Shown piece by piece: positions 27,258 through 38,666 of a stretch of 64,000 bases of DNA (position 1 is the stretch's first letter; each line of letters opens with the position of its first letter). The DNA comes from Nymphaea colorata (lineage: Eukaryota). Below the pieces are notes generated by a model. The model worked only from the letters and a program-made list of their open reading frames with translations, searched no databases and was not told where the DNA came from. Location of the stretch: positions 14,694,001-14,758,000 of the forward strand of contig NC_045138.2 of assembly GCF_008831285.2 (NCBI RefSeq). Direction: 5' to 3'. Made by a program: the position numbers and the translations under genes.

Positions 27258-28352
27258 TCATGGAACCGCGTCGATTCTAGCGTCGAATGCGAAGCCCCGG
27301 CAGAGACCATCTTTGCTCTCAGAGATTCCTGTAACCCATCTCCAAGCTCCTTTGCCCTTCTCCGAAGAATCCCACATCGCCAATTTCCCCGCTCCCTTCC
27401 CTGAGAAGAACACCCTATCCCCCATTCCGAACACCTTGAATTTGCCCCAGCTACGGAAGCAGTCGAAGAATTCGCCAGGCATCCTTCCGGCCTCATCCCA
27501 CTCGAGATTTGCAAGGTCGAGCCGGAGGATGATGATGGTCGAGCAGACGGAATTGGTTGCGAACGAGGCCTTCAGCCCTCCCACCATCAGCAGACTGTCC
27601 CCCTTCCCCTGGATTAGCCGCGGCCGTCTCAAGATGTCGAAGATCTCTCCCCACTCCCGCCGTTCGAGTCGATCCCAGGCACGGCCTCGCCCCAATTCAT
27701 CCAATTTGCAGAAGACAAGCTTCCATTGAGCCCTCCACGGAGAGCCGATGTCACAGAGGGCATAGACGGCGGATCCGACGAGCACAGGACTGCGCGGTTT
27801 CGACGATAAACCAGCGGAAAAATTCAGCCAGAGGTTCCCGTCGGCGAGATAGAGGGCGACGAACTCGTTGAGGACCAAGACGCGCAAACCAGCTGAGAGG
27901 ACGGTCCCGTGTCGAAACCACGCCGATCCCAACTGAGGCAAAACCCTATATTTTCGCGTGATGGGATTGCAAATAACAAGCGAGCGGCCGGAATCCGATT
28001 CGCACCATAGATACAGGAGCCCAGAGGAGGCGGCCACGGGGATGGCGGAGTTGAAGGGGAGGAAATCGAGGGGAAAGCGAAGCCACTCATCGCTGTCAGC
28101 ATCGTAGACGTGAAGAAGGGAGTCCGGCGAGGCACGACGGGATTTCCGGCAGTGCGACGGATGGACGACGAACCAGCTGAGGGCGGTACGTTGGGCCACG
28201 CGCTGGACGAAGAAGGGGCACGTTAGGGTTTGCTTGAACAGCTTGCACACGGCGCGGCAGGCGCAGATTTCCCGGACGGAAAGGCGCGTGAAGATTTGCT
28301 GAAGTGGGTCGATCGGCAACTGATAAATGGTAGTCCGACTCGTCGTCTCCAT
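27258..28352 (-). CDS. SKIP15: F-box protein, SKP1-interacting partner 15 / FBX3 family (364 aa, CDS without introns)
   Basis: F-box LPIDPLQQIFTRLSVREICACRAVCK, then family motifs LPQLGSAWFRHGTV, SKPRSPVL, ALCDIGSPWRAQWKL and EWGEIFDILRRPRL. First ATG at 28352. The ORF-track start at 28373 is TTG. Confidence 0.9.
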   Translation of the reverse strand: METTSRTTIYQLPIDPLQQIFTRLSVREICACRAVCKLFKQTLTCPFFVQRVAQRTALSWFVVHPSHCRKSRRASPDSLLHVYDADSDEWLRFPLDFLPFNSAIPVAASSGLLYLWCESDSGRSLVICNPITRKYRVLPQLGSAWFRHGTVLSAGLRVLVLNEFVALYLADGNLWLNFSAGLSSKPRSPVLVGSAVYALCDIGSPWRAQWKLVFCKLDELGRGRAWDRLERREWGEIFDILRRPRLIQGKGDSLLMVGGLKASFATNSVCSTIIILRLDLANLEWDEAGRMPGEFFDCFRSWGKFKVFGMGDRVFFSGKGAGKLAMWDSSEKGKGAWRWVTGISESKDGLCRGFAFDARIDAVP

Positions 28353-28817
28353 TGGCCGCCTGAAAATCGACAACGCAAGAAAAGATGCCGCAAAAACTTT
28401 CGACCTCAGAAAAGCCGGACCCCAGCCTTCAAAGGGTTAATCTGTGGCCGGAAAAAGAAGAGAAGCTAGCTCCAGATATAGATGGCTCCGGCCATTACAG
28501 TGGCAAAACAAGCTGCCTTCTCAGAGAAGGCTTCCTCTTTGGTTCAGACATTTCATCAAACATTTTCAACTGCCGCTCCTCATCCAATCTCATTTGTCCG
28601 CTTACCCGCCAGCGTTACATATCGTGTGCAAAATATATACGCGCGTGCTTTCCCTCCATCCTTTTTCACATCCAGTTTTCTACAAAACCAAAATAATATT
28701 TTTTTTTAATATTTTACAAATATCGTAACAAACAAATTGGAAGAATGAAAGATGATCTTATACAAATCTAAATAGTTTAGTCGACTTTTTAGTTTTTATA
28801 CACTGATATGAACTCTC

Positions 28818-29050
28818 GTTACGTAGCTGGTTGAGTTAGGGGTCTATACTAAGGTAGGTCTCTAATTCGATTCCCGTGGACGTTATGTTCCTGTGTCTTA
28901 AGGCGGTAGAGCGCGGCATCTAAGCTGAAGGGTGCACCGTTGCTATCGTTGACACCGACGCATCTTGCAAGACCCCGGTGGCAGGGAGAATGGGGGAGCC
29001 TTCAGACCTTTTTCGAGTGGTGGGATTAATACCCCTTGTTCACCCAAAAA
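28818..29050 (+). mobile_element. tRNA-derived SINE
   Basis: Box-A-like TAGCTGGTTGAG (28824), box-B-like ATTCGATTCC (28865), GC-rich body, short A tail, flanking direct repeat AACTCTC (28811 and 29049). Confidence 0.65.
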
Positions 29051-30706
29051 CTCTCATTGTAGCTATTTTTAATAAAAAAAAAAGCTATGTAATTTTATGC
29101 AAAATATTCATTATTTAAAAAAAATGGTAGCATCTTTTTCTATGTGTTAATTGTCAACAGTTCCGCTTTTCACCTGTATTCAGAGAACCCCCGGTTGATG
29201 ATGACTGGTGGAGTTAAATGGGCATGGTTTTTAAGTTTGACCAGAGTAGGTTTTTATATTGGGGATAACCTTTTTTTTTTAAGTCAACGATAAAATGAAC
29301 ATAAAGTCTCTTAAAAACAACCACCAAAAAGCGTTCTATACTTTCCCCAGTTGTAATAAGTGGTCCAATGAGAAGAATATTATATTTTTAGAACAGGTCT
29401 TCTTAGAACACATAATTTGAAAGCACTATCTTAGCATAAGAAACAATATGTGATTATATTGTTGCTTTTAAACCCATCAAAAATTAAATATAATAATGTA
29501 TTTTGTTTAACAATAACACGAAAAGCATAACTTAAGAACATAGTGTACTTGTTATAAGAAATAGCATGTGACTATAGATGTTGCTTTTAAACTCATCAAT
29601 GAGACAGTAAACATAACCAATTTCCCTCAAACATATCGTAGAAACATGTATTCTAATTCTTCTTATCAAATGCTATCTAAGAAGTAGATAACAACATTTC
29701 CCTTCAAAGATGCAAATGCTCAATATATGCTGGTAAGTGTCAGTACCATATCATTTAAGAAATTGACATAGATTACTTACTTCGACCATGAATCAGAATA
29801 CTCAGCTTGAGTCAAACATTATAGTGCTATTGTTAATTGAATTTGGAATCAGCGTGAAACCTTTTGGTCAAATTTTGATGTGGTTTTGAATTCACTCCAC
29901 GATCCACCAAAAATCCGAGTTCGTTCGGATCCATATGGTTGTGTTTGTTTCACCGTGAATTTGAGATTCGTGGTGTTTGATATGATTTTAATATCAAGAT
30001 CCATGAATTTAAGGTCAGACCTTCTCCATTCGGTTATCAAACCTTAAATCCATGATTGCGAACATGTATCATGTGTTTAAAATTCATGCTATTTATACAC
30101 CTCGGATCTACCATCTTTAGCTAGACAGATGATCGAAAACTTTATTAAGATTTTGTGGATTAAAAGAATATCCAATACTGAGATGCTTGCAAATTCAGGA
30201 TGTCTAACTGGATGTGAAAAACAAATGAAGCAAGAGCAGATTTAAAAACAGGCGGTTTTTACTAAATCTGCATAGTTATCTTTCCACGTAGATCTGATAC
30301 AAAAAGAAAAGACACCTTGCACTAGAATTCAGTCTTCTGACGTCACATGTTCTCTCTAAGCCCACATTTTAAACGCTTTGCGCTTCTATCAACTATCAAC
30401 AACTCTTTAAGCCACATTTCTCTCCTTGCTTGCTTGAAGGGAATTGAAACCGTTAAAGTTGATTAAATTATTTTGAGGTGGAGGTACTAAATAATTTCGT
30501 GAAGATTACTAATCTTAATTGTGAATTCCTCAAAATTAAGCCCTATAGTTAAACTAATTTTTTTTTTTGGAAATCTACCATAAATGAATGTGTTAATTAC
30601 TCGGATCCCCACCCTCTTGTTTGCTTAAAAGAGATTTGAAAAGCATAGCCATCAAACAGGCTACCATAATCAATCAATTATTATTAAACTGAATTTGTTT
30701 GTGAAA

Positions 30707-30797
30707 ACTACCAAATTCAATTAATTATTAGTACTAAGTTAAATCGACTACCAAATTCAATTAATTATTAGTACTAAGTTAAATCGACTACCAAATT
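30707..30797. repeat. Perfect 40-bp tandem duplication upstream of the PHD-like gene
   Basis: ACTACCAAATTCAATTAATTATTAGTACTAAGTTAAATCG, about 2.3 copies. Confidence 0.95.
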
Positions 30798-31087
30798 GAA
30801 GGCTGCAACGCAAAACCTTGAAATCTTTACTGCCGTGAGCGTGAAGTCCCAAAGACATGGAAAGATAGACGCACACGCACGAACGCTTGCTCTCTCTCTC
30901 TCTCGCATATGGTGGGGGGCCGGAAATGTTATTCGATGATTTCTCTTTCACCCTCTCTCGCTTCTTCTTCTTCTTGACAAGACGGGTCTCTCTGGTTCTC
31001 TCTCCACCTCCTCGCTTATCATTTCATCAGAAGAGGATCTTTTGTTTCAATCTCAGTGGGAAGGCCGTATTGAACGCCCTCTTCCAC

Positions 31088-31096
31088 AAACCCTAA
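31088..31096 (+). promoter_or_regulatory. Telo-box
   Basis: AAACCCTAA 20 nt upstream of the ATG at 31117, after a CT-rich leader. Confidence 0.5.
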
Positions 31097-31116
31097 CGTT
31101 AATTCCTACTCTCTCT

Positions 31117-32934
31117 ATGCTGGGCGGCGACCAGAATGCTGAGGAATGCCCCAGCACCGCCGCTGCCGCGGACTCCTCTCTCCCTCCCAGGAAGCGCCTC
31201 CTCGCCGGGCTGAAGCACGAGGTACCTTCCCCGCCGCCAGACTCCGCATCCTCCGTCGGGCCCGCCCTTCCGTCCGCGCGAGACCCCAACCCCAGCCGCT
31301 CTAGGGCTCGATACCTCCCCAATCTCTCCGAGTGCCACGGCTGCGGCAGGAGCGGCACCCTCACCGCAGGCCCCGGAGGCGGCCGGAAGCTCCAGATGCT
31401 CAAGAGCGGGTGGCGGGTCGTCCTCCTCTGCCGTTCCTGCGTCGCCGCCATCAACTCCAGGGAGGTATGCTCCTATTGCTTCTCGAAGCTCTCTGAACCA
31501 TTGCTGGTCTTCTCTTGTGTCAATTGCCGCCGCCTTGTCCACCAGGAATGTGGGTCCCGGCAACGGAATTTTGCATCCAATTTAGAATCGCAGTCGTTTG
31601 TGTGCGTCGATTGTTGGGTGCCCAATTATCGGGTCAAGGTCAGGGCTAGGGTTAGGGTTGGTTCCAATGGCTTGAAGAATCCTTTGCCCGAATTACTACA
31701 GACCGATGAAATCAAAGTTCAAACTCCTGCTGAGCAACTGACCGCGGCTCGGTGTTGTATGACGCAGAGTCAGAGAAGGGCTCTGTCCGACGCTTGCTCG
31801 GCAAAGGGGTCGAAGAGCTCGCTGTTTAGACATACAGATCCACCGGTGAAGGAGCTTGTGAGAGAGGCGAACTCTGAGACAGAAATGGCGGTGGCTGTGG
31901 CCACTTTTGCCAAGGGGAAGGCATTGAGGAAGACTGAGAATGCTACGGGGGCTGCTGCATTGAATGTCGTAGTGGCTCTCGCTGCTGTGGAGGACAATCC
32001 CCTGAGAAAGGGTGGTACTCCGGTTGTGGGGCATTGTAGTGGCATTGATGACGCTAAGAAAGAGGTAGATGGCGGGATTACCGATGAGGAATTGGCTCTT
32101 CAATTGCACCGGGCAATGAATAGCTCTCCTAGGATATTGAAGAACAACTACGTCAATCGAGACCTATCATCTTTGAGGGAAGGTAGGATGTGTACGTACC
32201 GTAAGCGTGATTCAAATTCCGTGTTAAATTCGAAGAGGGGGAGAAACATTAATGGGCTTTTGGATAAGCAGACTGTTTGGCCGAAGAATGATTCAGGCGA
32301 TTCTTCAAAGTCAGAGTCTGGAAGTCACAGCATATGTGGGAGGTTTGAAGCTTGCACTGGAGATAAACTTTTTGAAAACCCAGATCGATCAGAGGCCGAG
32401 CTGTCGGTTTGTTTGGGCGCTTCTACTGGTGTACCATCGACACATGCTGACACTACTAAGGTATACGAGATCGATCATGGGACTTGGAAGATCGATGCTG
32501 GGTGTGATGCAGGTAGAGAGATGGCTTCTGAGAGGTTCACGGAAAATGGCGTTGATAATTTTGAAGGTGACCGTTTGAGCAGTAGGGATGTGCAGGTGAA
32601 AGAGGAGCAAGCTAGCTGTTCCAATAAACCAGCTAACTCTAGTGGAGACGATGATAGCCTGGACACGGAGTTTGAAAGTTGTCAAAACCAGAATATTGCT
32701 TTGTCCATAGGTGATGACGAATCTGTTCATTGTGGTGATGAATCATTCAACTATGGCAACAAGATATATCGGACGGCAGATGAATCCTGTTCATTGCTGG
32801 CGCAGAATAGAAGGGAACCTTCGTCCAATGAGAGCCCCAGAAAGTATAGAAGGAGATGCTTGGATGTTAAAGGAGCTCCGCACAGGAAAACTGACCCTCT
32901 TTCAGACGATCTCATGATTGAAAACCAAGCTTAA
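31117..32934 (+). CDS. Uncharacterised plant PHD/RING-like zinc-finger protein (605 aa, single exon)
   Basis: Basic LPPRKRLLAGLK motif, Cys cluster CHGC...CRSC...CSYC...CVNC..VHQEC...CVDC, and TDEELALQLHRAMNSSPRI motif. First ATG at 31117. Confidence 0.85.
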   Translation: MLGGDQNAEECPSTAAAADSSLPPRKRLLAGLKHEVPSPPPDSASSVGPALPSARDPNPSRSRARYLPNLSECHGCGRSGTLTAGPGGGRKLQMLKSGWRVVLLCRSCVAAINSREVCSYCFSKLSEPLLVFSCVNCRRLVHQECGSRQRNFASNLESQSFVCVDCWVPNYRVKVRARVRVGSNGLKNPLPELLQTDEIKVQTPAEQLTAARCCMTQSQRRALSDACSAKGSKSSLFRHTDPPVKELVREANSETEMAVAVATFAKGKALRKTENATGAAALNVVVALAAVEDNPLRKGGTPVVGHCSGIDDAKKEVDGGITDEELALQLHRAMNSSPRILKNNYVNRDLSSLREGRMCTYRKRDSNSVLNSKRGRNINGLLDKQTVWPKNDSGDSSKSESGSHSICGRFEACTGDKLFENPDRSEAELSVCLGASTGVPSTHADTTKVYEIDHGTWKIDAGCDAGREMASERFTENGVDNFEGDRLSSRDVQVKEEQASCSNKPANSSGDDDSLDTEFESCQNQNIALSIGDDESVHCGDESFNYGNKIYRTADESCSLLAQNRREPSSNESPRKYRRRCLDVKGAPHRKTDPLSDDLMIENQA

Positions 32935-34089
32935 CCAGATGGGAGGCAGCTATAGCTGCCAAGCTGTTGTAAGAAACTGAGACTTCATGGTGTGCAAGCC
33001 TCTACATATGCTAGTAATTTATGGTGTCATGAGTGGAGAAAGATGTGCCAGTAACACCGTAAATTTCGCAGAGGTCTGCACTGGATTTGTCCAGACTGTT
33101 AGATCATGCACAGCTTTGTATGTACTAAATGTACTTTTCAGCACCTGATTGTGCACTGTTTAGCTTATGAGCTTCCTGTTTTTGTTTTCCTCCCCTGTAG
33201 TATGAATGTCCCTATGCAGAAGCATTGTGAGAATCATGAATACACTCACTAATCCCTGAATTCACTTGCACATGCATGGATGCGAGTAATCCATGAGGAT
33301 TCTTGCACCATGGATGCAAACTAACTGAATTCGGCAGATACTTGTGCTCCCTTCAGTTGTATGAGCCTATGTCAGACTCACAAATGTTTTTCTGGGTAGG
33401 GAGGTTCTCATGATAAATATCCTAAATCTGAGGAGAAATAAAACACTATTTAATGAAATATTGGGAAACAGTGGTATTCAGAAAAGACTGAATTAAAAAT
33501 GAAAAGTGCAAGACGACCTGATATACGTGTTAATATTTGTAAATCTGCAACAAAACCAACATGCATAGGGAGGTGACTGTTTTGAAGTTGCAATATTTAT
33601 GGACTTGGTCAATTTATTAATATCTTGAGACAAAACAGAAATATTTTCAAATTAGTATGATGCTCGTGGCATATATGAGCTTTATGGCAGGTCCTTGACC
33701 ATATAGCTGGGCCTACAAGCTCCTATACGATAGGCTGGTGATCTAGTAGTCTTCCCGTAGATTGAAATTTTTTTCAGTATCCATTTGGTGAAACAAGGAA
33801 CCTCGTGTTTGTATCCTAGGACAATGTAAATGAAAATGTTAAAGATTAGTCAGATGCATTGAATGGGCCAGATCATGTTATATCTTATCCCATTCATTGT
33901 GTTCTTATTTTGCTGTTTGCATTAAGTTGATTATTCTATTGTCTGATGCTTGTAACTTTATTTCATGTCATCCAGTCTCAATGTCTTTCTTCCCATGTGC
34001 AACTAAATTGAAAAGAAAAGAGTATTCTATCTTCCTATGTGCAACTAAATTGAAAAGAAAAGAGTAATTACAGATACCAACATGACTTT

Positions 34090-34965
34090 GTCTACAACAT
34101 CCTGCTTTAAGTAGTTTAGTCTCCCATTGAAGATTGTTAGAGATTTTCGCAAACTTTTAAAAAAAGAGGTTGTTAAATTATTGATTGTTCTGATTCTTAG
34201 TCTTTTTGAGCTGGATCTGAATCTGAGTTGGCATCTGCCGAATCAAGAGCTCAAGCCCAATGTGAGAGTGGGTCGTGGGCCTTAAGGGGGCTAGATTATA
34301 GCACTCCATTGTGAAAGTTTAGTCTTGCATCTAAGATTGTGAGGAATCTTGAGGGATTTATAAGGCGGTCAATTGAGTGATTGATTGATTGTCTTAGTTC
34401 TTAGGTTTTTTTAGGACTAGAACCGAAGTTGTTAGGGGTCGGGTTGATATAGTTGTATTAGAATCAGTTCAACACTCGAACCTGTGATACCACACGCACA
34501 TTCACATATGCCTTAAGTGAGGTGGATTGTAACACCTTAGAAATTTAGTCCCTTATTGAAGATTATGAATAATCTTCATGGGCTTATAAATGGGTCTGGT
34601 TAAGTGATTCATTGTCTTGGTTCCAAATTTTTTTTGGGCGACAACCAAAACTGCCAGGGGGGTTAGGATTGGATCTATCAAACTAGTTCCTTACATTTAA
34701 TATCAGAGTCGGTGCAACACTTGGACTCGAGACTCCACCTATGCGTACACATGTACCTTGAGGGGGTGGATTGTAATACTCTGCCTTAAGAAGTTTAGTC
34801 TCATATTAAAGATTATGAAAGATTTTCAAAGACTTATCAAAGAGATTGTCAAGTTATTGATTGTCATGGTTCCTAGTCTTTTTAGGGCTAAAATCGGAAC
34901 TGCTAGGGGGTGGTTTAGGATCTGCCGAACTAGGAGCCTGTGCCCAAGCTCGGTGTGAGAGTGGC
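34090..34965 (+). mobile_element. Degenerate tandem-array TRIM (about 4 short LTRs)
   Basis: Roughly 200-250-bp periodic TTTAGTC..ATT.AAGATT. Best unit: PPT-like AAGTGAGGTGGAT, LTR TGTAAC(34528)...TTACA(34695), degenerate tRNA-Met PBS TAATATCAGAGT, PPT GAGGGGGTGGAT, next LTR TGTAAT(34772). Confidence 0.7.
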
Positions 34966-36411
34966 CCCGGTCATTGCATTTTCTACATGTCTCTTTTTTG
35001 TTTCAATGTTATTATTTTCTTGTTCGGAAATCACCGTAGCAGTATTGATTCATGAACAGTTGATGTTACAAAAACAAGCGATGTACTATCATCATCCTTT
35101 TGCATTGGTCGAAGGTCCAGGGGCACAAAGTTATCTTTCTAATAAAAAAAAAATGGAAGTGAAGTGCTTTGCTTAAACAATTATAGTTACAAAATTGTGT
35201 CAGATTGTGAACAACATAATATCAATATGTACTTGCATGTTTGTAAGGGCAGAGTTGTTGATGCAGTCTCGAAAGGAAATCAGTTTGTTTCTTATCATTA
35301 GTTTGAGAAAATGATAACAGAATTTTGAACTGAACCATTTTGGATTCATTATAGTCTGTGCAAGCTTGTCTTTGGGAACCACACTACTATTGGAGAAATT
35401 TCTACAAGCATGGGAAGGGTCTGTTCATGATAATGTGTTTGAGATGCCAAACCAACTCTCTTTTTTATTGCAAATGTTATCAACTAAGAACAGGTCATTT
35501 TTTTATGCTGGATCATAGCATTTTTTGGGTATTTATGAGACCCATCTATGCAAGATTTATTACATCAGCATTAGTCAAGTAGTGCTGTTTGAACATTTTT
35601 GTTTCTTCTAGTATTGACGGCACATTAAAGCCTACAGGCTACAGCTATTCGTGGATTTCTTTTTAGTGTTTTGTGAACCTTCTTTAATTGCTTCTGTAAT
35701 TTTTTCATCGCCAGGCACAGTCCTATATAGATTATAGGATTCATGCTCCTTGCCTTCCTAACCAGCAACGTATCTGTTAATAACCAGTAACAATATCTGT
35801 TAGTTTGGTAATGATTTGGGAATTTTGCACTACTCTTTGCTACCATCAGAGAAAAGAAATTCCATTTAAAGGCACATCTGTTCTCTGATATTCCAGAAAG
35901 AAACTGAAGCATTCCATTAAGAATTTCAAAGAGACTTATGAAGTATCCAGAATTGAGAGTTCAATTTTATACTGTATTCTGAAAAGAACAAAAACCAGTT
36001 TGTCCTTTTTAATTATGCAGTAGCTCATTGTTTACTTAGTTATCTCCAATTGATGGGAGATCCAGTGAAAATTTTGAAAGATCTTATAGCAATGATATTT
36101 TCAAAACATCAGTTTCAAGAAGGTGGTGTCCAGGTTCCTCTCTACTTTCTCTCTGCTTGGATGAGTCTTGATGCACAAGGCATGGTGCTCCTCATGTAGC
36201 AAGTTATCAAATTAAGTTAGCTGATATAAGAAGACATGGCTTCAGTGCATTTATTCAGCATACAGTTGCTCATCATTCTACACACAAAACAAGAGGAGAA
36301 GAGAAATAGCAAATAAAGCACAAAAGGAAAGGAGAATGAAGAATATTAGGTAACCTATGAAGCCACGTACATGTATCGTGTGCATTCTAGCTAATCTATG
36401 TTGAAGGCATA

Positions 36412-36843
36412 TCACTTCAGGCTTAGGTAAGGAGGTTGAAGTGGAGGAATTGATTTGTACGCTGGGGGCAGTGATGGTGTCGATCTATAGGCTGGAGGCA
36501 GTGGGAGTAAACTATAAGCAGGTGGTGAAGGTAGAAGGTTTATAAACAGGAGGTGGTGGTGGAGAGTTGTAAGTTGTAAACTGCTGGGGTTTGAGGTGGG
36601 TTGGGCTATGGAGTGGACGGCTACTGAACTGGTGTTGGTAGTGGTGGTCCCGGTCCGTATAAAGCCAGTGTTCTTGGGATGGTGAAGGAACACTGTAACC
36701 AGGAAATAGATGGTGGGGGCAGCAGGGGGCGAAGAGGAAGTTCAAGGTCAAAGAGTACCAGCTACCATTAGCTTCTGTGGCTAACATAGCGAGGACAAGG
36801 CCCCAAGGATGTTAGAGAAGAGTTTCTCTTGTATTGCACCCAT
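36412..36843 (-). pseudogene. Extensin-like / proline-rich cell-wall protein with two frameshifts
   Basis: ATG at 36843 (MGAIQEKLFSNI). After a shift, a signal-peptide-like WGLVLAMLATEANG and SPPPPPVYK. After a second shift, PPAYS/PPAYR/PPAYK repeats to TGA at 36412. Confidence 0.7.
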
Positions 36844-38666
36844 GGCTGATCTCCGGCCAAGTTGCAGTTTCTGGTCTGGTGGCTGTTCACCCTTTTACAT
36901 ATAATTCTGAGGATGCAGGCTGAAATAAGCTACGCCACCTTGCTGCGAAGTTCTTTGTCAAGAAAAAGGAAAACTACATTGGAGAACAACTGAAGTTACA
37001 TGTGCCTTCTCGGTTGGTTGGAAGTCCAGAATAAAGCAACTATACAGCTCATCTGTGGAGATATTCATGAAAACAGTCGTCTGGTTTTGGCTGTTTTTCA
37101 TCAGTTTAGTTTCATCAAACCCTGATCATGTACGGTGAAGTCTTCCCAGTTTCAACTTTCAAGGTTTCTTATCTATTCTGAGTGTCAGACACTAATCGAT
37201 GGTTGGGAATGTGGGTGCTCACACTGTACTGGCATCAATATTTTGTAACCCATTTTCAGGTAACGTTTCAGAAAAGAAGCTGAATGTTTGATGTTGTTAA
37301 ACACACTTCATTTTTTATGCCATTAATGAAAAGCCGATATTTTGTCATTTTGACATCAAACATTAGCTAATTGAGCTAAATTGGCCAAAATTTCCTGAAG
37401 AAGCTTTTCTCTGCCAACACTGGTCGGTGCCTTTTCTTTTTTTTGTCTCTCTTTTGCACAGATAAGTTGAAAAGTTGAAGCTGGATGGATCCTTACAGTT
37501 TATGCCAACAAAGACGGCACCATGAGTATTGATTTAGTTATTGATGTTCTTCAACCTGAAGGTCCCAAATCCAACCCCCTAACCGGACGAAAATGGCGAT
37601 TATTAGCGAAGGGTAACTTTTACGTACCTTTAATGGCAAATGAAAATTTGTGTCCTATATAAATGAAAATTTGTGTTCTTTATACTGGAAGACCCAAGTG
37701 TTCAGCATTTACAATCATTTTGGTGACAGATGGAAGTTCGAGGACCTTTCTGATCAACATGGAAAAGGCCCAAGTGTTCACCACATGTCAAGAACTTATC
37801 CACATCTGAACATTAAAAAAACCTGAGGTGTATCTTTGACATTGTCTGTCAATATTATTGCTGAAAGTTGGCAATAGATCATGAAATCTTAAGCCACGTA
37901 AGAGCATGCGACTCTCTAATGGAGGACCCTCTGGATTTGTTCCTATTACGGAATATGCAGTTAAGCCTACCTTTCATGAATCTACATAGTGTAGGCTTAC
38001 TGTGATCAGAACTTGAATTTGGGCTATTGAGTTAATCTGCCTGCACTCCGACCCTACACTGAAACCTAGCTTAACCATGTTTTTTCTAAGTTAAGCCTGC
38101 AGCCAAATGGAGACTAGCTTCTTTTGAATTCAAAAATTGATCAAGTCCAACCGACGTCAAAAACCCATTAGCTTAATAATGAGTATGAATCCATATTGTT
38201 TGAATTGAAAATATTATCTAATTTTGAAACAAAGCATGTATTTCTACAATTTTCTATCACCTGTGCTGATCCTTAATTAACATATTGAATATGGTAAATC
38301 AAGAAAATTTTAAAAGCCATTAATAGGCAGGAAATATTAATATTTTTTATACGGTTTCTGGGATAATACGAGATTGGTGAAATCAACGATATTCTGAAGA
38401 TCTCGCCCTTATATTTATTCACGTAATATTTAGTAGGAGTCATCCGAATATTTGAAGTGCTTACAGAAGTTTTCACTGAAATCAGGACAATCGAAGCCGT
38501 GGTAGGGTCCCGCAGAAATTCTCCACCCCCTCATCTTTCCTTAGCTGTCCATCTCAATGATGGACGGTCGATAAACCTCCATTTGATGATCATGAGACGA
38601 ATACCGGAGAGAAAACCGCCATTTTGTGCAGCAGCTCGCAGATGAAAGGAGGAGAGGGCGCGAAGA

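Noticed and set aside
27176..32917. Many overlapping or antisense ORFs over the F-box and PHD-like genes (also over the PPR genes)
   Set aside because: Shadow ORFs of coding sequence, with no independent motifs.
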